From the NCBI GenBank assembly GCA_963836075.1, contig CAWIIB010000009.1, forward strand, positions 2,912,001-2,976,000: DNA of 64,000 nucleotides, read 5' to 3'. Below are positions 19,404 through 29,300 of this stretch, piece after piece. The notes beneath the pieces were generated by a model. That model saw nothing but the letters and a program-made list of their open reading frames with translations, was not told where the DNA came from and did not search any database. Origin of the DNA: an uncultured Acidobacteriota bacterium. Its GTDB lineage: Bacteria; Acidobacteriota; JAQAZP01. The position numbers and the translations under genes are program-made. Each line of letters opens with the position of its first letter. Position 1 is the first letter of the stretch.

Positions 19404-20309
19404 TTACAACAGGGAAGGCTGAGAGCCCGGCGGATATTCCCGTATCTCCTCCAGCCGGGGATGGCGGGCCGCCAGGGCGTCGGGCACCACCACCTTTTTC
19501 CCGCTGACCATGTTCAGTAACTCGAGACCATTGACCACCGCCTGGCCGAGGAAGTGGTTGTTGGTCACCACGAAGGTCTGTTTGGCCCGCCTGGCGATGT
19601 TCATGATCCTCTCGTGCCAGGAGACCAGCTCCCTGCGGTTGTAGAGGTAGTCGTAACGCTGGTTCCGGTCGGTGCCCTCGCGGAACCAGTTGTCGCGGTT
19701 GCGGCCGTGGAAGCGGACGTAGCCCACCTCGCCGGTGGCCTGGTCCGACCCCTCCAGCGAGTCGCCCACCAGCGGCTGGTCGATGCTGCACCAGCCGGTG
19801 TTGAGATCGGTGAAGAACTGCCCCGCGTTCCCCTCACCCCATGACCCGTGCCGCACTTCCACCACCGGGCGGTAGGCCTCGAAGTCGGTGGCGATGCTCT
19901 CCACCACCCTGCGGTTCGGTGGTGTGTCGCGGAACGACCAGGGGAACTGGACCAGCAGGGCGCCCAACCGGCCGGCATCGGTCAGCGGGTCGAGGGCGGC
20001 CCTGAAGCGGGCGGTTTCCTCCGGGCCGGCCTCAGCGGTGCGGTGGGTGAAACCCTGGAACAGCTTCATGGTGAAACGGAAGTCGGGCCAGCGCTGCACC
20101 GTGCTGGCCCACTGGCTGGTGGTCCGCGGTTCGGGGATCGAATAGAACGAGCTGTTGACCTCCACCATGGGGAAGTGCCGGGCGATGAAACCGAGCTTGT
20201 CCCTTGTCCCCCTGGGGTAGACCCGGCCCTCCCAGTCGGGGTAGGACCAGCCCGCGGTTCCCACCCGGACCCGATCTTCCGTCACCCGGCTCCTCTCCAG
20301 CTGTTCCAC
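19404..20309 (-). CDS. DUF72 (YecE-like) protein
   Basis: VGTAGWSYPDW, VEVNSSFY, LLVQFPWSF, YVRFHGRN, RYDYLY, NNHFLGQA. Confidence 0.92.
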   Translation of the reverse strand: MEQLERSRVTEDRVRVGTAGWSYPDWEGRVYPRGTRDKLGFIARHFPMVEVNSSFYSIPEPRTTSQWASTVQRWPDFRFTMKLFQGFTHRTAEAGPEETARFRAALDPLTDAGRLGALLVQFPWSFRDTPPNRRVVESIATDFEAYRPVVEVRHGSWGEGNAGQFFTDLNTGWCSIDQPLVGDSLEGSDQATGEVGYVRFHGRNRDNWFREGTDRNQRYDYLYNRRELVSWHERIMNIARRAKQTFVVTNNHFLGQAVVNGLELLNMVSGKKVVVPDALAARHPRLEEIREYPPGSQPSLL

Positions 20310-20389
20310 AGGACTCGCTCCTCATCGAAGGTCCGTTACAACTGTAGCCCGTCTTGATTCAACATGGCAATTCTGCTAGCGTCTTTTTC

Positions 20390-21979
20390 ATGGGAAACAT
20401 AGCGGGGATCAGCGATTTTCTCTCCTGGCTCCTCTCACGCCGCCACGACCCGCCCGGCTGGGATCAGCTGGTGCAGGACTTCGTGGACCGGGCCGGGGCG
20501 TGTCTGGCTGCTGGCCGGGCGGTCTGCCTGCTGGACCTGCCGGCCCGCGGAGAGGCGCGCGTGGTTGGCCCGCAGGTGGGCCGGGAAGAGGCGGGGCGGA
20601 TACTGCAGGCCTGGCAGACCCCCGGTCCGGCCCGGCGGGAAGAGGGTCTGGAGGGCTGGCGGCTGGTCCACCGCGGGGGGATTTTCGCCTTGCTGCTCAA
20701 GGGCGGCCCGGTCCCGGGTGAGGACGACGGGGCCGAAACCTGGCTGCCGGTGGCCGGCCAGGCGCTGGAGGCGGTGGTGGAGACCGGCACCCTGGGCGAG
20801 ACCATGGAGGCGGCGCGGATGGAAGTGCGCGGCCTGCTCCAGGGCAAGGAACGGGCGATGCAAAGCCAGAAGCTCGAGGCGGTGGGGCAGCTGGTGGTGG
20901 GGCTGACCCACGAGATCAACAACAAGCTCGGTCCGATTCTGATCTACACCCAGCTGGCCCAGATGGACCTGCCGGACGAGAAACTGGCCCAGCGGCTGGA
21001 GGTGATCGAGTCGAACACCATGGCGATCAAGGAGATCATCGAGTCCCTGGCCAACTTCGCCCACCCCCAGCAACCGTCCATGACCCGCTTCTCCATCAAC
21101 CAGTCGCTGTTCAACACGGTGAAGATGCTCAAGTACCGCTTCGAGAGCGAGGGGGCCGAGTTCCGTTTCGAACTGGACGAGGAGAACCCGTCGGTCTATG
21201 CCGACCGGGGGCAACTGGAGCTCGTCTTCCTCAACCTGGCCAGCAATGCCCTGGATGCCCTCAAGGACCGGCAGGACGCGGAACTGCTGGTGGTCAGTTC
21301 GCTCGAGCAGGGCCAGGTGGTGGTGCGGTTCAGTGACAACGGCCCCGGCATCTCCGACGAGATGAAGGCCCGGCTGTTCGAACCGTTCTTCTCCACCAAG
21401 GAACTGGGGCACGGCACCGGCCTTGGACTGAGCTCGGCTTACGGGATCGTGCGTGCTCACGGCGGCGAGGTGCGGGTGGAAAACCGGGATGGCGGGACCG
21501 GAGTCACCTTCACCGTGGAACTGCCGATCATCACCCGGCCCGGGGAGGACGGGGAGGCGGTCCGCCCGGCGCTGATGCTGGACGCGGAACGGACCTGCCG
21601 CATCCTGCTGGTGGACGACGATCAGCAGACGCTGAACATGATCCAGGCCATCTTCTCCGGGGTGCCGCAACTGGAGTTCACCTCCGCCCCGGACGGGGTG
21701 ATGGCCCGGCGGTTGCTGGACGAGACCCGCTTCGACCTGGTGCTCTGCGACCTGAAGATGCCCCGCCTGGGGGGGCAGGACCTCTACCATCTGCTGCGGC
21801 AGCGGGACCCGGAGGCCGCCGGGCGGATCATCTTTATGACCGGGGACCAGATCGGTCCGGACACCACCCGGTTCCTCAAGGAAACCGGTGTCTCCTGCCT
21901 GACCAAGCCTTTTGGTGTGGAGGAGATCTCCAGCAGCATCATCTCCGGTCTCGGCCTGGACCGCAGGGGAGAACCGTGA
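20390..21979 (+). CDS. Hybrid histidine kinase with receiver domain
   Basis: QKLEAVGQL..GLTHEINN, NLASNALDA, DNGPGI, GTGLGL, REC ILLVDDD...DLKMP. Confidence 0.9.
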   Translation: MGNIAGISDFLSWLLSRRHDPPGWDQLVQDFVDRAGACLAAGRAVCLLDLPARGEARVVGPQVGREEAGRILQAWQTPGPARREEGLEGWRLVHRGGIFALLLKGGPVPGEDDGAETWLPVAGQALEAVVETGTLGETMEAARMEVRGLLQGKERAMQSQKLEAVGQLVVGLTHEINNKLGPILIYTQLAQMDLPDEKLAQRLEVIESNTMAIKEIIESLANFAHPQQPSMTRFSINQSLFNTVKMLKYRFESEGAEFRFELDEENPSVYADRGQLELVFLNLASNALDALKDRQDAELLVVSSLEQGQVVVRFSDNGPGISDEMKARLFEPFFSTKELGHGTGLGLSSAYGIVRAHGGEVRVENRDGGTGVTFTVELPIITRPGEDGEAVRPALMLDAERTCRILLVDDDQQTLNMIQAIFSGVPQLEFTSAPDGVMARRLLDETRFDLVLCDLKMPRLGGQDLYHLLRQRDPEAAGRIIFMTGDQIGPDTTRFLKETGVSCLTKPFGVEEISSSIISGLGLDRRGEP

Positions 21980-22260
21980 TGGCCATGGACCCGGACAGCT
22001 GCGACCCGGCCGAACTGGCCCGGCTGGCCTGTCTCGATCTGGACCACGAGGAACGCGCCCTCTTTGCCGGGCAGCTGCGCCGGATGCTCCGGGCCTTCAG
22101 CCCGATCAGCGACCTGCCCACGGATGGCGTGGAACCCTTTGCCCACCCCGGCGACCCGCTGTTGACCATCCGGGAAGACCAGCCGGTCCCCGGGGGCCGC
22201 CACGGCAGCCACCTCTCCGTGCCCCGGCTCTTCGGGCCGCAGCCGGGAGGGGAGCGGTGA
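21979..22260 (+). CDS. gatC: Asp/Glu-tRNA amidotransferase subunit C
   Basis: LARLACLDL...E...F..QL...DGVEP.AHP...REDQ...VPR; directly upstream of gatA. Confidence 0.8.
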   Translation: MAMDPDSCDPAELARLACLDLDHEERALFAGQLRRMLRAFSPISDLPTDGVEPFAHPGDPLLTIREDQPVPGGRHGSHLSVPRLFGPQPGGER

Positions 22261-23763
22261 GCGGGGCGGCCGGCAGAGAGTTCCCCGAACTGTACCGGCT
22301 GGAAGCGGCGCGGGCCGCCGAGCTGGTGCGCCGCCGTGAAGTGACGGCGGCCGAGCTGGCCACCGCGGTGATCTCCCGCCTGGAGGAGACGGAGCCGGTC
22401 CTGGCCGCATATACCGGGCTCCGCCTGGAGCGGGCCATGGATGACGCCCGGGCGGTTGATGCGGCGCTGGCCCGCGGGGACGATGCCGGCCCGCTGGCCG
22501 GGGTGCCCCTGGCGGTGAAGGACAATATCTGCCTGGCCGGACTCCCCACCACCTGCGGTTCCCGGCACCTGGCCGGGTACCTGTCCGCCGGAGGACGCCA
22601 CCGTGGTGCGGCGGCTCCGTTGTGCCGGGGCGGTGCTGTTGGGCAAGACCAACCTCGACGAGTTCGCCATGGGGTCGTCCACCGAGCACTCGGCCTTTGG
22701 CCCCACCCGCAACCCCTGGGACATCCGGTGCGTTCCCGGCGGCTCCAGCGGCGGCTCCGCCGCGGCGGTGGCTGCGGGCAGCGCCCTGGGGGCCCTGGGG
22801 TCCGACACCGGCGGTTCGGTGCGGCAGCCCGCCGCCTTCTGCGGCGTGGTGGGTCTCCGTCCCACCTACGGCACGGTATCCCGCTACGGGCTGGTCTCCC
22901 TCGCCTCGTCGCTGGATCAGGTGGGGCCCATTGCCCGCTCAGTGGCTGACTGCGCTCTGATTAACGGGGTGATCCGGGGACGGGACCCGCGGGACAGCAG
23001 CTCTGTTGACCTGCCTGACTCCGGCCCGGTGGAGCCGACCCACAGGGGGCTCGAGGGGATGCGACTGGGGGTTCTCCGACCACCGGCTGACGCGGGGCCG
23101 GCCCCCGAGGTGCAGCGGCTGTTCGGCGAGTCGCTGGAGCTGCTCCGCTCGCTGGGGGCGGAGCTGGAGCAGGTGGACCTGCCCCACCACCACCATGGCG
23201 TGGCGGTCTATGCCTTTAGCGCCGCGGCCGAGGCTGGTTCGAACCTCGGTCGCTACGACGGGGTGCGGTTCGGTGAGCGCCTGGGCGAGGAGTTGGGCCT
23301 GGAGGGCATGTATGTGAAGACCCGGTCGCGGGGCTTTGGCCCTGAGGTCAAGCGGCGGATCCTGCTGGGCACCCACGCCCTGCGCGCCGGGTATTACGAG
23401 GAGTGTTACCTGCAGGCGCAGAAGGCGCGCACGCTGATCCTCGGTGACTACCGCGAGGCATTCCGGACGGTGGACATGATATGCTGTCCCACCACCATGA
23501 CACCGGCCTTCCGGCTGGAAGAGAGAACGGAGAACCCGCTGGAGATGTACCAGAGCGACGTGAACACCGTCTGCAGCAGTCTGGCCGGACTGCCCGCCAT
23601 ATCCGTACCCTGCGGCCTGGCCGGGGACCGGCTGCCGGTGGGGCTGCAGTTCACCGGGCCGGCACACGGCGAACCGGCCCTCTTTCGGGCAGCGCGGGCC
23701 TTCGAGGACGTTTCGGGATACCGCAATATGGCGGCAACCGTTGCCCGGGGCGGTGAGGTGTGA
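22257..23763 (+). CDS. gatA: Asp/Glu-tRNA amidotransferase subunit A (frameshift near 22585)
   Basis: PLAGVPLAVKDN and TTCGS in the 21912 frame; GKTNLDEFAMGSSTE, GGSSGGSA, GSDTGGSVRQPA, RYDGVRFG, GFGPEVKRRILLGT in the 22603 frame. Confidence 0.9.
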
Positions 23764-25511
23764 TGATTTCACGGGGACGGACAATGGGGACGGTCCTGCT
23801 GCTGGCTCTGCTGGCCCTGCTCCCCGTGGCCGCCAGTGCCGACGGCGGCTGCGAACGTTCGCTGGAGATTGCCGAAGGGATCCGGGTCCGTGTGGAACAG
23901 GGAAACCGGATCGAACTGGAAGCCCTGCCCGAGCCGGGAGAGGGCTACTACCGCATCACCGAGCGGTTCACCGGCGAGCGGTCCAACTGGCAAGAGGTGC
24001 AGCTGCTCAACGGCACGCGGTCGCTGATCGAGGGGCGGTGGTACCGCATCCCCTTCGACCTCCTCTCCCCGCCATACCGCATGGCGGCGCTGCTGGCCGT
24101 CTTTCCCCACAACCGGGTGGAGGGCGGCCAGTTCATCCACCGGGTGGTCTGCAGCCGGTCGGGGGACGAGGGGGAGAGTTTCGGCGCCATCGCCCATTGG
24201 TACACCGGCGACAAGGACCGGGGACCGGACCTGGCCGCCCTGGTGGGTCAGGCCGAGTGGGACCTGCGGGTGGGCGAGGAGGTGGCCGTTCCGGTGGAGT
24301 GGCTGCTGCCCCAGCTGCGGGCCTGGGCCGAGGAGGAGGCGGTGCGGGACATCCCGCTGGAATACGGCCGGGACGAGCAGGGTGAATACGCCCTCTACCG
24401 GCTGAAGCAGGGTGAAGCGCTCTACTCCGCGGTGGTGATCCGCTTCACCGGTCTGATGCTGGCTGACGAGGTGAACGAGCTGGCCGCGCTGATCGCCAGG
24501 CGCAGCGGTATCGAGGACGTGACCGACATCCCCACCGGTTACGGGATCCGCATCCCGGTGGAGTATCTCTCCGACGACATGCTGCCCCCCGGGCACCCGG
24601 AGCGGGTGGCCTACCAGCTGAACCGCTTCCTCTCCAGCGGGTTCGAGAAGGGGGGCCGCGGGCTGAGCCTGGACGGGATCACGGTGATCCTCGACCCGGG
24701 GCACGGCGGCCGCGACCCGGGGGCCATCCACCACGGGGTGTGGGAGGATGAACATGTATACGACATCGCCTGCCGGATCAAAAAGGTGATCGAGACCCGC
24801 AGTTCCGGCCGGGTGGTCATGACGGTCAAGGACCGCAGCGGCGGGCACGCGCCCTCGGACCGGCGCCCGCTGGTTCGTGACGAGGACGAAGAGGTGACGG
24901 TGAGTCCGGCCTACCGGCTCACCGAATCGGGGGCCACCCGTGAGGGGGTCAACTTCCGCTGGGCGCTGGCCAACTACCACTTCATGGAACTGGTGTCCCA
25001 GGGCGCCGACGAGCACAGCGTGGTCTTCACCAGCCTCCACGCCGACGCGCTGCACCCCTCGCTCAGCGGGACGATGATCTACATCCTCGGGGCGCAGTAT
25101 GGCAGTTCACGGGTTTCGCTTTCCGGCTCGCAGTACCGTGCCCGCAGCGAGGTGAGAGCGTATCCGAAAATCGACTACTACAAGTCGGTCCGCTCGCGCA
25201 GCGAGGGCCTCTCCCGCGGCCTGGCCGAAGAAGTGCTGGCCAGCTTCCGCCGCAACGACCTGCCGGTCCACGGCTACAAGCCGATCCGCAACCACCTGGT
25301 CCGCCAGCGGCGGTCCTACGCGCCGGCGGTGCTGCGCAACAACGTCATCCCGCTGAAGATGCTGATCGAGGTCTGCAACCTGCGCAACGAGGAGGACAGC
25401 CGGCGGATGACCGACCCGGCCTACCGCCAGGCCGTGGCCGAAGCCTACGTGGAAGCGCTGAGCACCTATTTCGACGGCAAGAACGGCAAGGGTAACGGGA
25501 GGGCTTCATGA
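23763..25511 (+). CDS. N-acetylmuramoyl-L-alanine amidase (Amidase_3) with long N-terminal region
   Basis: Signal peptide; ILDPGHGGRDPGA, SLHADA, LIEVCNL zinc/catalytic motifs; start 23763 or 23784. Confidence 0.88.
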   Translation: MISRGRTMGTVLLLALLALLPVAASADGGCERSLEIAEGIRVRVEQGNRIELEALPEPGEGYYRITERFTGERSNWQEVQLLNGTRSLIEGRWYRIPFDLLSPPYRMAALLAVFPHNRVEGGQFIHRVVCSRSGDEGESFGAIAHWYTGDKDRGPDLAALVGQAEWDLRVGEEVAVPVEWLLPQLRAWAEEEAVRDIPLEYGRDEQGEYALYRLKQGEALYSAVVIRFTGLMLADEVNELAALIARRSGIEDVTDIPTGYGIRIPVEYLSDDMLPPGHPERVAYQLNRFLSSGFEKGGRGLSLDGITVILDPGHGGRDPGAIHHGVWEDEHVYDIACRIKKVIETRSSGRVVMTVKDRSGGHAPSDRRPLVRDEDEEVTVSPAYRLTESGATREGVNFRWALANYHFMELVSQGADEHSVVFTSLHADALHPSLSGTMIYILGAQYGSSRVSLSGSQYRARSEVRAYPKIDYYKSVRSRSEGLSRGLAEEVLASFRRNDLPVHGYKPIRNHLVRQRRSYAPAVLRNNVIPLKMLIEVCNLRNEEDSRRMTDPAYRQAVAEAYVEALSTYFDGKNGKGNGRAS

Positions 25512-26209
25512 CCCGCGGCGCGGGACAAGGGACCGCCGGGGAGCGGCCCGCGGTCAGTCTGATCATCCCGGTGAACAACGAAGCGCAGACCCTGGCCGCG
25601 GTGGTGGCCGGGGCCCGTCCCCTGGTGGACCGCGTGCTGGTGGTGGACGACGGCTCCGACGACGGCAGTGCCGGGGTGGCCCGTGCCGCCGGCGCCGATG
25701 TGCTGGCCCACCCCCGGAGGCTGGGCAAGGGAGCGGCACTGCGCAGCGGGCTGGAGCAGCTGCTGCCTGACGCCACGGGATACCTGCTGTTCATGGACGG
25801 CGACGGGCAGCACGACCCGGCGGACATCCCGGCCATGCTCGCCCGGCTGGGCGACCGGCCGCGGCCCGACGTGGTGCTGGGCTGCCGGCTGCGGCCCGAA
25901 ACCCGGGACGACATCCCCCGCCTGCGCTACACCACCAACCTCTTTGGCAAGTTCGTCCTCTCCCGGGTCACCGGTCTCGACGTGGGGGACAGCCAGACCG
26001 GGTTCCGCCTGATCCGCGCGGACCGCCTGCGGGAGATCGAGCTGGAGTCCACCGGGTTTGAAATCGAGACCGAGATCATGCTCAAGCTCAGCGCCCGCCA
26101 CCTCCACCTGGTCAACGTGCCGGTTTCCATCAGTTACCATCCGGGTCGCAGCCACTACCGCACCGTGACCGACACCTACCGGGTCTGCATGGCCACCCTG
26201 CGCTACTGA
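25508..26209 (+). CDS. Glycosyltransferase family 2 (DPM1-like)
   Basis: IIPVNNE, VVDDGSDD, GKGAA, MDGDGQHDP, DSQTGFR, FEIETE. Confidence 0.9.
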   Translation: MTRGAGQGTAGERPAVSLIIPVNNEAQTLAAVVAGARPLVDRVLVVDDGSDDGSAGVARAAGADVLAHPRRLGKGAALRSGLEQLLPDATGYLLFMDGDGQHDPADIPAMLARLGDRPRPDVVLGCRLRPETRDDIPRLRYTTNLFGKFVLSRVTGLDVGDSQTGFRLIRADRLREIELESTGFEIETEIMLKLSARHLHLVNVPVSISYHPGRSHYRTVTDTYRVCMATLRY

Positions 26210-26246
26210 GAAATCGACATCAAACGCTGCCAATTGAAAAAAGCCC

Positions 26247-26281
26247 TTGACATTTTATGAAACTATACTTACTTTATAGTT
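26247..26281 (+). promoter_or_regulatory. Sigma70-type promoter overlapped by an inverted-repeat operator
   Basis: TTGACA-17-TACTTT; AACTATA-N7-TATAGTT at 26261..26281 in an AT-rich island. Confidence 0.55.
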
Positions 26282-26357
26282 ATATTCAGTGGTGGGATAA
26301 TGGCCGTGGCTGTTTCATCAGCCTGCCCTCATCAAATTCGCTCCTGTGGAGTTCGCC

Positions 26358-29300
26358 ATGTCACATATACAACGGCAGATCATCATATCCTTCTGCCTCC
26401 TGACGACCTTGGTCATTCCCCTGAATGCCGCCACCATCCACGTGCCGGCCGACCAGCCCGCCATCCAGGCCGGCATCGACGCGGCGGCCGCTGGAGACAC
26501 GGTGCTGGTGGCGCCGGGCACGTACCAGGAGTATCTCAATTTCAACGGCAAGGCGATCACCCTTTCCAGCAGCGACGGCTATGCCCGCACGGTCATCGAC
26601 GGATATAACGGGATGCCGGTGAGGTTCGAAAACGGCGAGGGCCCCGAATCGGTGCTGGAGGGGTTCACCGTCACCCGGGGCAGTATGGGAGGGATCGTTT
26701 GCGATCAGGCCTCGCCGATAATCCGCAACTGCCTGATCACCGAAAACCGGGCCGGTTTCTATCCAGCCAGCGGAATTTACTGCGAGGAGTCCTCGGCCGT
26801 GATCACCGGAAACATCATCTTCGATAACGAAGACCGGGCCGCGGTGTTGCTGCAGAACTGGGACGGCCTGTTTACCGGCAATACCGTTGCCCGCAACATC
26901 CCGCGGGGCGGCATCCAGCTCACCGGGTCCGGCGGCGAGGTCAGCGGCAACATGATGGTGGCGAATATCAGCAGCGACGGCGGGGGCGGGATACGGTTGG
27001 AGAATTCCTCCACCCTGGTGTCCAACAATCTCGTCGCTGACAACTCCATCACGAATTACGCGTTCGGCGGCGGTATCTATGTCCACTCGTCGCCCCTGGC
27101 CGTCCTGGTCAACAACACGATTTCCGGGAATTCCTCTGTCCAGGAGGGCGGCGGTATCTGCTGCTATCCGGAACCGCCCGCGATCAGAAACTGTATCGTT
27201 TACGGCAACACGCCCAACGAGATCGCCTCCGAACTGGGCGGGCCGGTCACCACCGTCACCTGGTGCGACGTGCAGGGCGGTTACGACGGCCTGGGCAACA
27301 TCGACGAGATCCCGTTGTTTACCACCGGGCCGGGCGGCGAGTTCTATCTCGGCCAGGTGGCCGCCGGCCAGCCGGTGGACAGCCCCTGTGTCGATGCCGG
27401 GGCGATTGGCAGCAATGCCGTGTCCGGCAGCACCCGCACCGACCTGGCGCCGGACAGCGGGCGGGTGGACCTCGGCTGGCACACGCCGCTGGACACCACG
27501 GTTTCCGTGGACGCCCTGCCGGCCTCCCTCGAGTTCCGGGCCGTCCTCGGTGAAGGCCCGCCGGCGGACCAGGCCGTCCAGGTCTGGAACAGCGGGTGGG
27601 GGATGCTGCCGTGGTCGGTGACCAGTGATTCCGGCTGGCTCACCCTCTCTGCGGCATCGGGCACATCCTGGGGCGAGCTGGACACGGTGACCGTCAGTGT
27701 CGATCACAGCGGCCTGGGCGTGGGAGAGCACCAGGCGACGATCACCGTCAGTGCTCCCTCGACCAAGGGACCGCCGCTGGAGATCCCGGTGACCCTCATT
27801 GTCACCGCCGGCGTTCCGGGCTATTCACCGGCCGACTTCCGCTTCGATGCCGACCTGGGGGGGGCGCCACCACCGGTCCAGATACTCTCCATCTGGAACG
27901 CCGGCAGCGGCACAATGGACTGGTCGGTGACCAGTGATGCCGGCTGGCTGATCCTGGCCCCCGCATCGGGCCAGTCCACCGGTGAAATCGACGAAGTGAC
28001 CGTATCTGTGAATACCACCGGTCTGCCGCCGGGATTCAGCGACGCGGTGATCACCCTCCACACACCGGACTCAACGCCGACGTCGGTGGAGATCCCGGTG
28101 CGCCTGGCCCTCTCTGCCGACGGTCTGGTCCGGGTGCCCCAGGACCAGCCCACCATCCAGGCCGGCATCGATGCCGCGCTCTTCGGCAACACGGTAATCG
28201 TGGCCGATGGCACCTGGAGCGGCGACGGCAACCGCGACCTCGACTTCGGCGGCAAATCACTGGTCCTCGAGTCGGAAAACGGCCCAGCCGCCTGCATCAT
28301 CGAGTGTGACGGTTCGTATCTCGAACCGCACCGCGGCTTCTGGTTCCACAACGGCGAGGGGGCCGACTCTGTAGTCAGGGGGTTCCTCATCCGCAACGGC
28401 TATGCTTCCGATAATGGCACCGGAGATGGGGGCGGCATCCTCTGCCAATATTCCTCTCCCACCTTCGAGGACCTGGTGATCTCATTCTGTGTGGCCCCGG
28501 GCTCCGGTGGAGGAATATATGCCACCGGCTTATCCTCACTGATCAGCAACTGTGTCATCAGGGACTGTGTCGCCCAGTTCGGTTTCGGCGGCGGCGTCCG
28601 GGTCCATGACTGCGCCGGGCTGAAAATGCACAACTGCCTGGTCACCGGCTGTGTGGCTCTTGATGGTTATGGTTACGGCGGCGGGCTATACAGCACCGCA
28701 TTCGGAATGGAAGTGGACGGCTGTACATTCACCGGCAACATGGCCGGGGAGTTGGCCGGCGGCGTCTACGCCCACTCCTTCGACGTGATCCGCAACTCGA
28801 TCCTCTGGGACACGGACGGCTGGTATCCCAACCTGTTCTTCGAAACCACCGTCAGCTACAGTGACGTGTATGACATGGACGGGTACGTGGTTCCCGGTGT
28901 GGGTAACATCTTCGCCGATCCGCTCTTTGCCTCGGGGGCCGGGGGAGGGCACTACCTGAGCCAGGTGGCCGCCGGCCAGGCCTGGGACAGTCCCTGTGTC
29001 GATGCCGGCGACCCCGGCGCCTGGCTGATCGACGGCACCACCCGCACCGACGGGGTGAACGATGACGGCCGTCTGGACATGGGATACCACTATCCCGGCA
29101 CGGGGTGGGAGACGGTTGACTGCCAGCTCTCCTGCCAGCCCGGCTCGGGCACCCTGCCCTTCCAGTCGCAGTTCTGGGTCACCCTGTCCAGCCCGCTGGC
29201 CGAGGCCCGCCGGGTGGCGGCCCACGTGGACGTGGTGACCGGCAACGGCGTCTCGTACACCAACTGGCGGGCCGGTTGGATGAACCTCGTTCCTGCCGAG

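Noticed and set aside
22560-22610. Programmed frameshift or pseudogene status for gatA
   Set aside because: No slippery heptamer, and five similar indels elsewhere in the window point to assembly error.
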